From Clostridia bacterium (GTDB lineage: Bacteria; Bacillota; Clostridia; Christensenellales; UBA1242): 64,000 nt of DNA. Below, piece by piece: positions 32,041 to 39,290 of the stretch (within the stretch, counting starts at the first letter, position 1; each line of letters starts with the position of its first letter). The translations under genes and the position numbers were made by a program. Location of the stretch: the NCBI GenBank assembly GCA_017621525.1, contig JAGASX010000011.1, positions 47,865-111,864 on the forward strand, in the 5' to 3' direction. The notes beneath the pieces are model-generated. The model did no database searches. It was not told where the DNA came from and was given only the letters and a program-made list of their open reading frames with translations.

Positions 32041-33192
32041 TTACTCCTTTTTATTTGCTTTTGCCCTTGTAGGTTTATCGGTTGATGTGGTGGTTGTAGT
32101 AGTAATTTTTTCTGTTTCTTGTTTTTCATTTCCCACATTCTTTGTCCCGAACTTTGTCGGCTGGGCGACAATAACCCTTTGATGTTTGACTTCCGCGTCG
32201 CTTTCAAGCACAATAGCGTGGCAAACACCCGGAATTGTTTCCCCCTGTTGTGATGCCGTTGTTGACATAAGGGCGCCGGTCGGCATAAAAAGAACTCGTC
32301 TTAAATCACCACGCCTTAACTTTTCGATTATAAAAGAGTTTAACACCGTCGCACTGCAACCACAACCGCTTCCACCAGACAGTGTGTTTTGATTTCTTGC
32401 AAAATACATTTGACCGCAGTCATTGTAGTTAAGGCCAAGTTTTATCCCCTGCTCTTCCATAAGGTCAATTAAAATTTCACTGCCAAGTTTGCCAAGGTCG
32501 CCAGTTGCGATAAGGTCATAATCATCAGGCGTTGTGCCGGTATCGCGAAAGTGAGCAAGCATTGTATCCATTGCCGATGGCGCCATTGCAGCGCCCATAT
32601 CATTGACATCGTTTACGCCCCAATCCACAACCTTACCAAAGGTTGCCATTGTAATTCGAGGCCCTTTGCCTTGTTTAGAAAGCACCGTCGCACCAGCGCC
32701 CGTAACCGTCCATTGCGAAGTTGGCGGGCGTTGATTGCCAAGTTCGAGAGGAAAACGAAACTGTCTTTCGGCAGTTGAAAAATGAGAACCCGTGGCACAG
32801 ACAACATTTTCAAAAAGTTTCGCCTCTATCATGCTTGCACCAATCGCCAAACTTTCTGCCATAGTTGAGCAAGCGCCAAAAAGCCCCAAAAATGATATAT
32901 CAAAGTTTCTGGCGGCGTACGAAGATGATATTATTTGATTTAAAAGGTCGCCAGAAAGCAAAAGTCCAATATCTTCAGGTTTTAGTTTTGCATTTTTTAC
33001 AGCACCCTCTATTGCACTTTCTATCATCTTTTTTTCCGCCTTTTCATAAGACTTTTCGCCGAAAGCATCATCTTCAATCACCTTATCAAAGTAAGCTCCA
33101 AAGTTTCCCTTTCCCTCTTTCGGCCCAACAATTGAAAAACTGCCTGTTATCACAGGCTTCGAACGAAAGATAACCGTTTGTTTTTTGCTCAT
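32041..33192 (-). CDS. spoVAD: Stage V sporulation protein AD, with a roughly 45-aa Thr/Lys-rich C-terminal extension
   Basis: Thiolase-like SpoVAD sequence (GPKEGKG, GACSTMAESL, SGGSGCGCSA). Confidence 0.9.
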   Translation of the reverse strand: MSKKQTVIFRSKPVITGSFSIVGPKEGKGNFGAYFDKVIEDDAFGEKSYEKAEKKMIESAIEGAVKNAKLKPEDIGLLLSGDLLNQIISSSYAARNFDISFLGLFGACSTMAESLAIGASMIEAKLFENVVCATGSHFSTAERQFRFPLELGNQRPPTSQWTVTGAGATVLSKQGKGPRITMATFGKVVDWGVNDVNDMGAAMAPSAMDTMLAHFRDTGTTPDDYDLIATGDLGKLGSEILIDLMEEQGIKLGLNYNDCGQMYFARNQNTLSGGSGCGCSATVLNSFIIEKLRRGDLRRVLFMPTGALMSTTASQQGETIPGVCHAIVLESDAEVKHQRVIVAQPTKFGTKNVGNEKQETEKITTTTTTSTDKPTRAKANKKE

Positions 33193-33201
33193 TTATTCCC
33201 C

Positions 33202-33669
33202 CTAAATAAAAAGGTAAATTATACCCACAACAACGCTTGCAACTACACCAGAAACAATAACCGGCCCAGCGATTGTAAACATTTTTACACAAATTCCATA
33301 AATTACGCCCTCGTGTTTAAATTCAAGCGCCGGCGAAGTGATTGAATTTGAAAATCCGGTGATAGGCACAATTGAACCACCGCCCGCAAACTTGCCGATT
33401 TTATCATAAACACCTATTCCCGTTAAAAAAGAGGCAATTAAAATAAGGGTGATTAGGGTTAGCGCCCATGCAGACTGCTCTGCAATGCTTGGAAACCACA
33501 ACAAAATAAGGTCATTTATACCTTGACCAATACAGCAAATTACGCCCCCAACCCAAAAGGAATTAAACAAGCTCGGCCATGCCTTTGTTTTTGGCAGTCT
33601 TGCCTTAACATAGCGATTGTACGCCTCATTTCTTTTTTGAATTTCTTTTTTGTCCATAACATTCTCCAA
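33202..33669 (-). CDS. spoVAC: Stage V sporulation protein AC
   Basis: SpoVAC-like membrane protein (FWVGGVICCIGQ, PITGFSNS). Confidence 0.9.
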   Translation of the reverse strand: MENVMDKKEIQKRNEAYNRYVKARLPKTKAWPSLFNSFWVGGVICCIGQGINDLILLWFPSIAEQSAWALTLITLILIASFLTGIGVYDKIGKFAGGGSIVPITGFSNSITSPALEFKHEGVIYGICVKMFTIAGPVIVSGVVASVVVGIIYLFI

Positions 33670-33754
33670 GAGAATTGTTGACGGATTGCACCGAATTTAA
33701 ACATAGACGCATAATTTAAGCCAAATTATGCAAACTATTGACAGGAGGTTTTTT

Positions 33755-34762
33755 ATGAAAAAAATTCTTTTATCTTGTTTAAGTTTTGCGTGCATTTTCC
33801 TTTTTGGAGGTTGTTCTCTGTCGGGCGACAACGAGGCAATAACTTCACTTAACAACCAACTTGACAGCGTGCAAACCTCGGTTGCATCAACCAGCGTGCA
33901 AGAGATTGCCGACGTAAGCCCTTCGGTTACGTTTGAAAGCGACCAACCTTATAACTCCATTCAATCTTTTCGCGCCCTTTCAAATGAAAAAATGTTACGC
34001 GAAGAGGAAATTAGGCAGAAAATTTTAACGCTTACCCAAACTTTAAAATCTTGCACAAATCAAAAATACAAACTTGGCAAGAAAAAGGCGGAGGCGTTGA
34101 AAGATTTAAGCAGTAATTTAGGCAAATATTCTTCTCATTTAAACGAAACAAAATCAAGGGTGAAAAACAGCGTAAGACAAATTAAGAAAAATCTTAAAGT
34201 AACCAATATTAACATTGAAGAGGCGTCAAGCGGATATGTAACTTTAAACAACAGCATGAATGAAAGATACGCCTACCTTTGCAACATTTACGACAATTTG
34301 GAGCAAGCATCTATTATTCTTGATTGTGATTGCCATAACTGCGATGAGGAATGTTGCGATGAACAGACAGACACTAACATTTCAATAACAAAATCAACAA
34401 TGCCAGACAGTCGATTTGATGAAGATTATTCAATAGGCAAAATAACCGACGATGAAGAACGCACTTCCAACAAATTTGCAAAAAATATTGACAGTTATAA
34501 GGCGAATAATGGCGAAAAACAAGCAGAAAACATTGATACAAACTACCCACAAACGCCTGTTAATCCACAGCCTCAACCATTGCCAAGACCTTATCCGGTT
34601 GGAAATCCCCATTATGGGAATTACAATGGGTATTACGGAAATGGATATTATAATGGAGGAATTATCAACCCAAGCCGTAATACAGATACATTTTATCAAT
34701 TTAATCGCAACATAGACACATATAGATATAGTCCCAATTTCTATAAAGGATATGGTTATTAA
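33755..34762 (+). CDS. Putative lipoprotein with a Cys cluster and a Tyr/Gly/Asn/Pro-rich tail
   Basis: AGGAGG RBS. Signal peptide with lipobox LFGGC. CDCHNCDEECCDE cluster. C-terminal NPHYGNYNGYYGNGYYNGG low complexity. Confidence 0.6.
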   Translation: MKKILLSCLSFACIFLFGGCSLSGDNEAITSLNNQLDSVQTSVASTSVQEIADVSPSVTFESDQPYNSIQSFRALSNEKMLREEEIRQKILTLTQTLKSCTNQKYKLGKKKAEALKDLSSNLGKYSSHLNETKSRVKNSVRQIKKNLKVTNINIEEASSGYVTLNNSMNERYAYLCNIYDNLEQASIILDCDCHNCDEECCDEQTDTNISITKSTMPDSRFDEDYSIGKITDDEERTSNKFAKNIDSYKANNGEKQAENIDTNYPQTPVNPQPQPLPRPYPVGNPHYGNYNGYYGNGYYNGGIINPSRNTDTFYQFNRNIDTYRYSPNFYKGYGY

Positions 34763-34787
34763 AAAAAGGCTTAGTAAGCCTTTTTTG
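34761..34787. terminator. Bidirectional intrinsic terminator
   Basis: AAGGCTTA / TAAGCCTT stem flanked by A7 and T6. Confidence 0.6.
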
Positions 34788-34805
34788 TTATAAAACCAAG
34801 TTAAA

Positions 34806-34928
34806 TTATGGTATATCTCCACCCACCATAAAATCAAGTGTTGAAAGCGCCCATACGCCTACAACAGACATGATTGTGGCAAGCATTACGAATGATATTA
34901 TGGATATTATTTTCAATGCTTTTGTCAT
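34806..34928 (-). CDS. Unannotated 40-codon hydrophobic peptide (MTKALKIISIISFVMLATIMSVVGVWALSTLDFMVGGDIP)
   Basis: Below the ORF-track size cutoff. ATG 34928 is preceded by GGGAGGAAACA. A consensus promoter (TTGACA 35033-35038, 17 nt, TATAAT 35010-35015) is interleaved with operator palindromes. Confidence 0.5.
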   Translation of the reverse strand: MTKALKIISIISFVMLATIMSVVGVWALSTLDFMVGGDIP

Positions 34929-34990
34929 TGTTTCCTCCCTAAAATTTTTCTTTGGCTTATATTCTTATAAATCAAATATGTGTAATATTG

Positions 34991-35059
34991 GAACAAAATG
35001 TTCATAATTATTATATGGAACAAAATGTTCCGTGTCAAGAAAATTTGAACACTTTGTTC
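34991..35059. promoter_or_regulatory. Three GAACA-N3-TGTTC operator palindromes in the divergent XRE/peptide control region
   Basis: GAACAAAATGTTC at 34991-35003 and 35018-35030. GAACACTTTGTTC at 35047-35059. Box 2 lies exactly in the spacer of the minus-strand promoter and box 1 just downstream of its -10. Confidence 0.6.
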
Positions 35060-35071
35060 TAAAATATTTTT

Positions 35072-35278
35072 ATGAATAAGTTTAGCGAACGCATTAAAGA
35101 ATTAAGGGTTGAAAAAGGTTATTCTCGCAAGCATCTTGCAGGGCTTTTGTTTATCAGCGAAAGGCTTGTTTCTTATTGGGAAAATGGGCAACGAGAATGT
35201 GATTTTGATATGCTTATAAAAATTTCAAATGTTTTTAATGTAAGCATAGATTTTTTATTGGGTAAAAGCAATTTTTAA
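35072..35278 (+). CDS. XRE-family helix-turn-helix transcriptional regulator (68 aa, HTH only)
   Basis: Classic Cro/CI HTH (IKELRVEKGYSRKHLAGLLFISERLVSYWENGQ). No SD. TAAAAT (35060-35065) ends 6 nt before the ATG, which suggests a leaderless mRNA. Confidence 0.85.
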   Translation: MNKFSERIKELRVEKGYSRKHLAGLLFISERLVSYWENGQRECDFDMLIKISNVFNVSIDFLLGKSNF

Positions 35279-35303
35279 AAAGCAGGCATAAAGCCTGCTT
35301 TTA
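35279..35303. terminator. Bidirectional terminator between the XRE gene and sigF
   Basis: AGCAGGC-ATAAA-GCCTGCT stem flanked by A and T runs. Confidence 0.6.
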
Positions 35304-36026
35304 TGATGAAAGTTTGTTTCTTAAATTTTCTAAAATCTTGTTTTCAAGGCGGGAAACCTGCACCTGCGAAATGTTAAGTTCTTTGGCTATTTCGCTTTGG
35401 GTTTTATCAAAATAATAGCGTAGCATGATGATTTTTTTATCCCTTTCGTCAAGGTTTTTTATTAATTGAGAAAGGGCGAGTTTTTCAAGCATTTTACCGC
35501 CTAAATCTTCTTCGCTTTCTATTCTATCAACAAGGCATAGCGAATCTGCGCCGTCTTCAATTGGTGTATATATTGAAATTGGCATTTTTGCCGAGTCCAT
35601 AGCAAGCACAATTTCTTGTTCTTCCAACTGAAAATGTTGGGCAATTTCTTCAATTGTTGGGCTTTTTTGATTTGTTTTAACAAACGCCTCTATAAACTTG
35701 TTAATCTGCAAATTTAGCGTTTTTAGGGCTCGGGAAACTTTTATAGAACCGTCATCCCGCATAAATCTTTTTACTTCGCCAATAACCATAGGCACCACAT
35801 AGGTGGAAAATTTTACTTCAAAAGAGGGGTCAAAATTTTTTATCGCCTTCAAAAAGCCCATACAGCCTATTTGGTAAAGGTCATCATACTCAACACCCTT
35901 GTTTTTAAAGCGTTTTATAACGCTTTTTATTAGTGGCGAATTTTCTTCAAGTAGCACCGATTTTGCACTTTGATTACCCTGTTGAGCCAGATTTACAAGT
36001 TGCAAAATTTGGGCAGAATCAATCAT
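35301..36026 (-). CDS. sigF: Sporulation sigma factor F
   Basis: Sigma-70 regions 2 to 4. Third gene of the spoIIAA-spoIIAB-sigF operon. Confidence 0.93.
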   Translation of the reverse strand: MIDSAQILQLVNLAQQGNQSAKSVLLEENSPLIKSVIKRFKNKGVEYDDLYQIGCMGFLKAIKNFDPSFEVKFSTYVVPMVIGEVKRFMRDDGSIKVSRALKTLNLQINKFIEAFVKTNQKSPTIEEIAQHFQLEEQEIVLAMDSAKMPISIYTPIEDGADSLCLVDRIESEEDLGGKMLEKLALSQLIKNLDERDKKIIMLRYYFDKTQSEIAKELNISQVQVSRLENKILENLRNKLSS

Positions 36027-36468
36027 TCCCCACCTGCTTTAATGCCCTTGCAATCTGCTTGTACATAACCACTTTAAGCCCCATGCCGTCATTTGGCATA
36101 ACTTCCACCTTATCCATAAAACTTTCCATAACTGCAAAGCCCATTCCACTTCTCTCTTCGCTTGGTTTTGTGGTGTAAAAAGGCTCCATTGCTTTGGAAA
36201 TATCTTTTATGCCAATTCCGCTGTCCTTAACGATTATTTTTATATTATCTCCCTCTAATTCGCAACGCAAATTTACCATGCCATTACCCTTTGGGTATGC
36301 GTGCACCACGCAATTTGTAACCGCCTCTGATACCGCAGTTTTTATATCGTTAAGTTCATCTACCGACGGGTTGAGTTGTAGGCAAAAGCCGGCAACGCAA
36401 ACGCGAGCAAAACCCTCGTTGATTGACAACGCTTTAAAGTTTACTTCCATAAAATTCGATTTATTCAT
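36019..36468 (-). CDS. spoIIAB: Anti-sigma F factor / serine kinase SpoIIAB
   Basis: HATPase_c motifs (AVSEAVTNCVVHAY, DSGIGI, GMGF). Operon context. Confidence 0.93.
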   Translation of the reverse strand: MNKSNFMEVNFKALSINEGFARVCVAGFCLQLNPSVDELNDIKTAVSEAVTNCVVHAYPKGNGMVNLRCELEGDNIKIIVKDSGIGIKDISKAMEPFYTTKPSEERSGMGFAVMESFMDKVEVMPNDGMGLKVVMYKQIARALKQVGND

Positions 36469-36478
36469 AACTGCTCCT

Positions 36479-36787
36479 TTAAACTATTTTGGGCATTATA
36501 TTGTACAGCCCAGTCATTTTAAAAATCCTTTCCGCCTGCTTTGATGGATTGCTTATGAAAATTGGTATATTTTTTGTGTGCATCTTTTTATATCTGCCTA
36601 TTAAAACACCTATCCCCGTGCTGTCCATAAATTCAAGTTCTGAAAGGTCTATGATAATCTGTGAAAAACTTCCGCCCGCAAATATATCGTCAAGGGTTAT
36701 ACGAGTGTGTTCGGCCGAATATTCGTCAAGTTCTCCACACAAAAGGACATAAAGTGTATTGTTGTAAATTTTACTTTTAATCTGCAT
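36479..36787 (-). CDS. spoIIAA: Anti-sigma F factor antagonist SpoIIAA (STAS domain)
   Basis: STAS fold with the phosphorylatable Ser motif (FMDSTGIGVLIG). Operon context. Confidence 0.9.
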   Translation of the reverse strand: MQIKSKIYNNTLYVLLCGELDEYSAEHTRITLDDIFAGGSFSQIIIDLSELEFMDSTGIGVLIGRYKKMHTKNIPIFISNPSKQAERIFKMTGLYNIMPKIV

Positions 36788-36865
36788 GGCTTTCGCCTCC
36801 TGTTAAGCATAATTTAGCACAAGCGCAGATAAGAAAAATAAGCCCTTTTGCCGAAAAATAGACAA

Positions 36866-36897
36866 TAAAAAAGAAAGGGCTCGTTTGTCCTTTCTTT
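36866..36897 (-). terminator. Intrinsic terminator after the SDR gene
   Basis: Minus-sense AAAGAAAGG..CCTTTCTTT stem followed by T-run. Confidence 0.6.
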
Positions 36898-36905
36898 AAA
36901 CTTAT

Positions 36906-37640
36906 TTAAAATTTTAAAACCCCACCCGAAACGGTAAGCACCTCGCCTGTTATAAAACTTGCATCATTGCTTGCAAGAAAATACACGGCGTTTGCGACAT
37001 CTTGTGGAGTGCCCAATCTTTTAAGAGGCGTGCGGTTTATGCAAGCGTTTTTTTCCTCATCAGTATACGACGAGGTCATTGGGGTTTGAATAAATCCGGG
37101 TGCAACCGCATTGACGCGCACCTCCAATGAGGCACATTCATCAGCCAATGCCTTTGTAAGGGCAATTATACCGCCTTTTGAGGCTGAATATGCACTTTCG
37201 CAGGCTCCGCCATAAATGCCATATATGGAGGAAATATTGACAATGGAGCAGTTTGCCATTCTATGGTCTATGAAGTGCTTTTGCGCCTGCCCATTGCAGT
37301 ATAAGGCGCCTTTTAAGTTTACATCAATAATTTTGCTTATATCCTCAGCCGTCTGGTCGCAAAGCAATTGTTCGCCAAGTGAAATTCCACTGTTAAACAC
37401 AACCGTTTGTATGCAATCACTTGAAAAAGCCTCTTTAAAGCCCTCTTCAACCGATTGAAAGTTGGACACGTCCATTTTTATAGTTTTTAATTTAACTTTA
37501 TTAGTTTCGCAAATAGTTTCTATTGCTTTTGTATCGCTTTTATTATAGGTTGCAACAATATCATAACCATTTTGTGCAAATTTTTCTACCAATGCAAGGC
37601 CTATTCCGCCTGTTGCGCCAATTATAAAGGCTTTACTCAT
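36906..37640 (-). CDS. Short-chain dehydrogenase/reductase (FabG-like)
   Basis: GATGGIG cofactor motif and the S..YxxxK catalytic pattern (YSASKGG). Start at ATG 37640 after GAGGGGG. Confidence 0.85.
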   Translation of the reverse strand: MSKAFIIGATGGIGLALVEKFAQNGYDIVATYNKSDTKAIETICETNKVKLKTIKMDVSNFQSVEEGFKEAFSSDCIQTVVFNSGISLGEQLLCDQTAEDISKIIDVNLKGALYCNGQAQKHFIDHRMANCSIVNISSIYGIYGGACESAYSASKGGIIALTKALADECASLEVRVNAVAPGFIQTPMTSSYTDEEKNACINRTPLKRLGTPQDVANAVYFLASNDASFITGEVLTVSGGVLKF

Positions 37641-38367
37641 TTTCTTCCCCCTCACTTTCTTTTAAAAATTCTTCCAACTTATTTTGAACATCCGCAAATG
37701 GTATATGGGTGAATGAATATTTGCCTTGTTCGTCTACGATTATTTGGTCGCCTACCATTAAAACCTCAACGCCCAAAGCCTTTGCCATAGCACCATCTTC
37801 AATTTCATTATTTCCTATATAAATCACCTCTTCAGGCAAAAGGTTGAATTTATTTAAAATATCTTGCAAAAAGTTGGGGTTAGGCTTGCAACAAGTTGAA
37901 TTAGAATAGTCGCTGATATAGTCAAAATTTTCTAAGTTTACGCCTGCAAATTTGGCTCGCCACTGCATAGCCTCTTTTGGAAATACCGGGTTTGACGCCA
38001 AAATGACATATTTAAAGTTTTGTCTGCAAAAATCAACAATGCCTTTTGACATTGGATTAAATCCGCAAGCAATTTTCGTCTGTGCAAACTCGTTTAAATA
38101 AAATTCATCAAAAATTGCCTTATCTTTCAATTTATCTTCACCAAAGGTTTGAGCAAAATACTTCCAAAACACCTCTTCATTTGTGGCATCACCATTGTTG
38201 TTTCTCATAAGAACAGTGCCTTTCATTATGGTGTTTATAAATTGTTGTTTGTCATACCCAAAAGGCATAGCCTTTTTGCATAACAGCCCAAAATAAGCCT
38301 TTACAAATTCATCTTCATTCATAGGCAAAAGAGTACCGTCAAGGTCAAAAATAACTGCTTTTTTCAT
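37633..38367 (-). CDS. HAD-family hydrolase
   Basis: Motif I DLDGTL at the N-terminus and a late GDQ-type acidic motif. Start at ATG 38367 after AGGGG. Confidence 0.8.
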   Translation of the reverse strand: MKKAVIFDLDGTLLPMNEDEFVKAYFGLLCKKAMPFGYDKQQFINTIMKGTVLMRNNNGDATNEEVFWKYFAQTFGEDKLKDKAIFDEFYLNEFAQTKIACGFNPMSKGIVDFCRQNFKYVILASNPVFPKEAMQWRAKFAGVNLENFDYISDYSNSTCCKPNPNFLQDILNKFNLLPEEVIYIGNNEIEDGAMAKALGVEVLMVGDQIIVDEQGKYSFTHIPFADVQNKLEEFLKESEGEENE

Positions 38368-38380
38368 GATATCCCCTAAA

Positions 38381-38407
38381 AAAATAAAAAACCTGCACAA
38401 GGCAGGT
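38381..38407 (-). terminator. Intrinsic terminator ending the six-tRNA cluster
   Basis: Minus-sense ACCTGC-CTTGT-GCAGGT stem followed by a long T-run. Confidence 0.6.
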
Positions 38408-38411
38408 CTTT

Positions 38412-38496
38412 TGGTGGGCAGGGATGGATTCGAACCATCGAAGTCATTGACGACAGATTTACAGTCTGTTGCATTTGGCCGCTCTGCAACCTACCC
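38412..38496 (-). tRNA. tRNA-Tyr (GTA), type II, CCA encoded
   Basis: GGGTAGG acceptor, loop CTGTAAA, long variable arm, T arm GATGG-TTCGAAT-CCATC. Confidence 0.92.
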
Positions 38497-38530
38497 ATAA
38501 ATTTTAAGCACCTTTTTCAAGGTGCTTTTT

Positions 38531-38605
38531 TGGAGCTGGTGAACGGAATCGAACCATCAACCTGCTGATTACAAGTCAGCTGCTCTACCATTGAGCCACA
38601 CCAGC
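38531..38605 (-). tRNA. tRNA-Thr (TGT), CCA encoded
   Basis: GCTGGTG acceptor, anticodon arm GCTGA-CTTGTAA-TCAGC. Confidence 0.92.
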
Positions 38606-38639
38606 ATATTGTGAACTAAAACTTTGAATAGCCCACGTT

Positions 38640-38707
38640 TGGTGCCCTAAGGTGGGCTTAACCCTCTCTTTCAAGAGATTTAAGGTTGCTTCCACCAAGG
38701 CCACGTT
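38640..38707 (-). repeat. tRNA-Phe-linked 68-nt module ending in a duplicate tRNA-Phe 3' end (..CCACCTTAGGGCACCA)
   Basis: 23-nt perfect direct repeat 38633-38655 = 38701-38723 (period 68). Internal hairpin TCTC-TTGAAA-GAGA. Confidence 0.6.
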
Positions 38708-38783
38708 TGGTGCCCTAAGGTGGAATCGAACCACCGACACAAGGATTTTCTGTCCTTTGCTCTACCGACTGAGCTATCAGGGC
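38708..38783 (-). tRNA. tRNA-Phe (GAA) with A instead of U at position 33, CCA encoded
   Basis: GCCCTGA acceptor, D arm GCTC-AGTCGGTA-GAGC, anticodon arm AAGGA-CAGAAAA-TCCTT, T arm GGTGG-TTCGATT-CCACC. Confidence 0.85.
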
Positions 38784-38827
38784 GTACAAAATTTTTCAAT
38801 TTTGCTTTTTTGTTATCCCATTGGGAT

Positions 38828-38904
38828 TGGCGACTCGAATTGGGCTCGAACCCACGACCTCCAGCGTGACAGGCTGGCGTTCTAACCAACTGAACTACCG
38901 AGCC
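38828..38904 (-). tRNA. tRNA-Asp (GTC), CCA encoded
   Basis: Anticodon arm CCAGC-CTGTCAC-GCTGG. Discriminator G. Confidence 0.92.
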
Positions 38905-38948
38905 ACATAATTCTTATGTGATGATGAAATCTCTGTGTCAAAAGAGAT

Positions 38949-39025
38949 TTGGTGGGCCTTCAGGGACTCGAACCCCGGACCGACCGGTTATGAGCCGGTT
39001 GCTCTAACCAACTGCGCTAAAGGCC
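38949..39025 (-). tRNA. tRNA with CAT anticodon (elongator Met or lysidine-dependent Ile2; loop CTCATAA favours Ile2)
   Basis: GGGCCTT acceptor with a normal 1-72 pair, so not an initiator. Anticodon arm ACCGG-CTCATAA-CCGGT. Confidence 0.85.
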
Positions 39026-39054
39026 CATAAGTAAACCTGTTCTTGTTTTTTAGA

Positions 39055-39130
39055 GTGGTCGGGGTGGAGAGTCTCGAACTCCCGACCTCATGGTCCCAAA
39101 CCACGCGCTCTACCAACTGAGCCACACCCC
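39055..39130 (-). tRNA. tRNA-Pro (TGG), CCA encoded
   Basis: CGGGGTG acceptor, anticodon loop TTTGGGA. Confidence 0.92.
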
Positions 39131-39150
39131 GTTGAACAAGTTTACGATGA

Positions 39151-39179
39151 TATTTTAGTATATTCTTCAAACTATGTCA
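39151..39179 (-). promoter_or_regulatory. Sigma-A type promoter of the tRNA cluster
   Basis: Minus sense TTGACA (39174-39179), 17 nt, TAAAAT (39151-39156), 20 nt upstream of tRNA-Pro. Confidence 0.65.
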
Positions 39180-39290
39180 AGAAAAATTTAAAGATTTTTG
39201 AAAAAATTTGAAGTTTTTTGATGATTTGCAATCATCTTTGTTATTTTATTATTTTTTAATGGCTTTTGTCAACTGATTTTTAAAAGTTTT

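Noticed and set aside
34991-35059. LexA/DinR SOS (Cheo) boxes
   Set aside because: The palindromes contain GAAC..GTTC, but with 5 nt between the half-sites (GAAC-AAAAT-GTTC), not the 4 nt of CGAAC-N4-GTTCG. Their triple arrangement next to an XRE gene fits a dedicated operator set better.
36788-36865. Sigma-H promoter and Spo0A boxes upstream of spoIIAA
   Set aside because: Expected on biological grounds, but I found only a one-mismatch 0A-like TTCGGCA and no convincing RNAGGAWWW / RNNGAAT pair, so nothing was annotated.
38652-39170. Track ORFs 38652..38885 (+), 38680..38889 (-) and 38988..39170 (-)
   Set aside because: All lie entirely within the six-tRNA cluster, so they are translations of tRNA genes and spacers.
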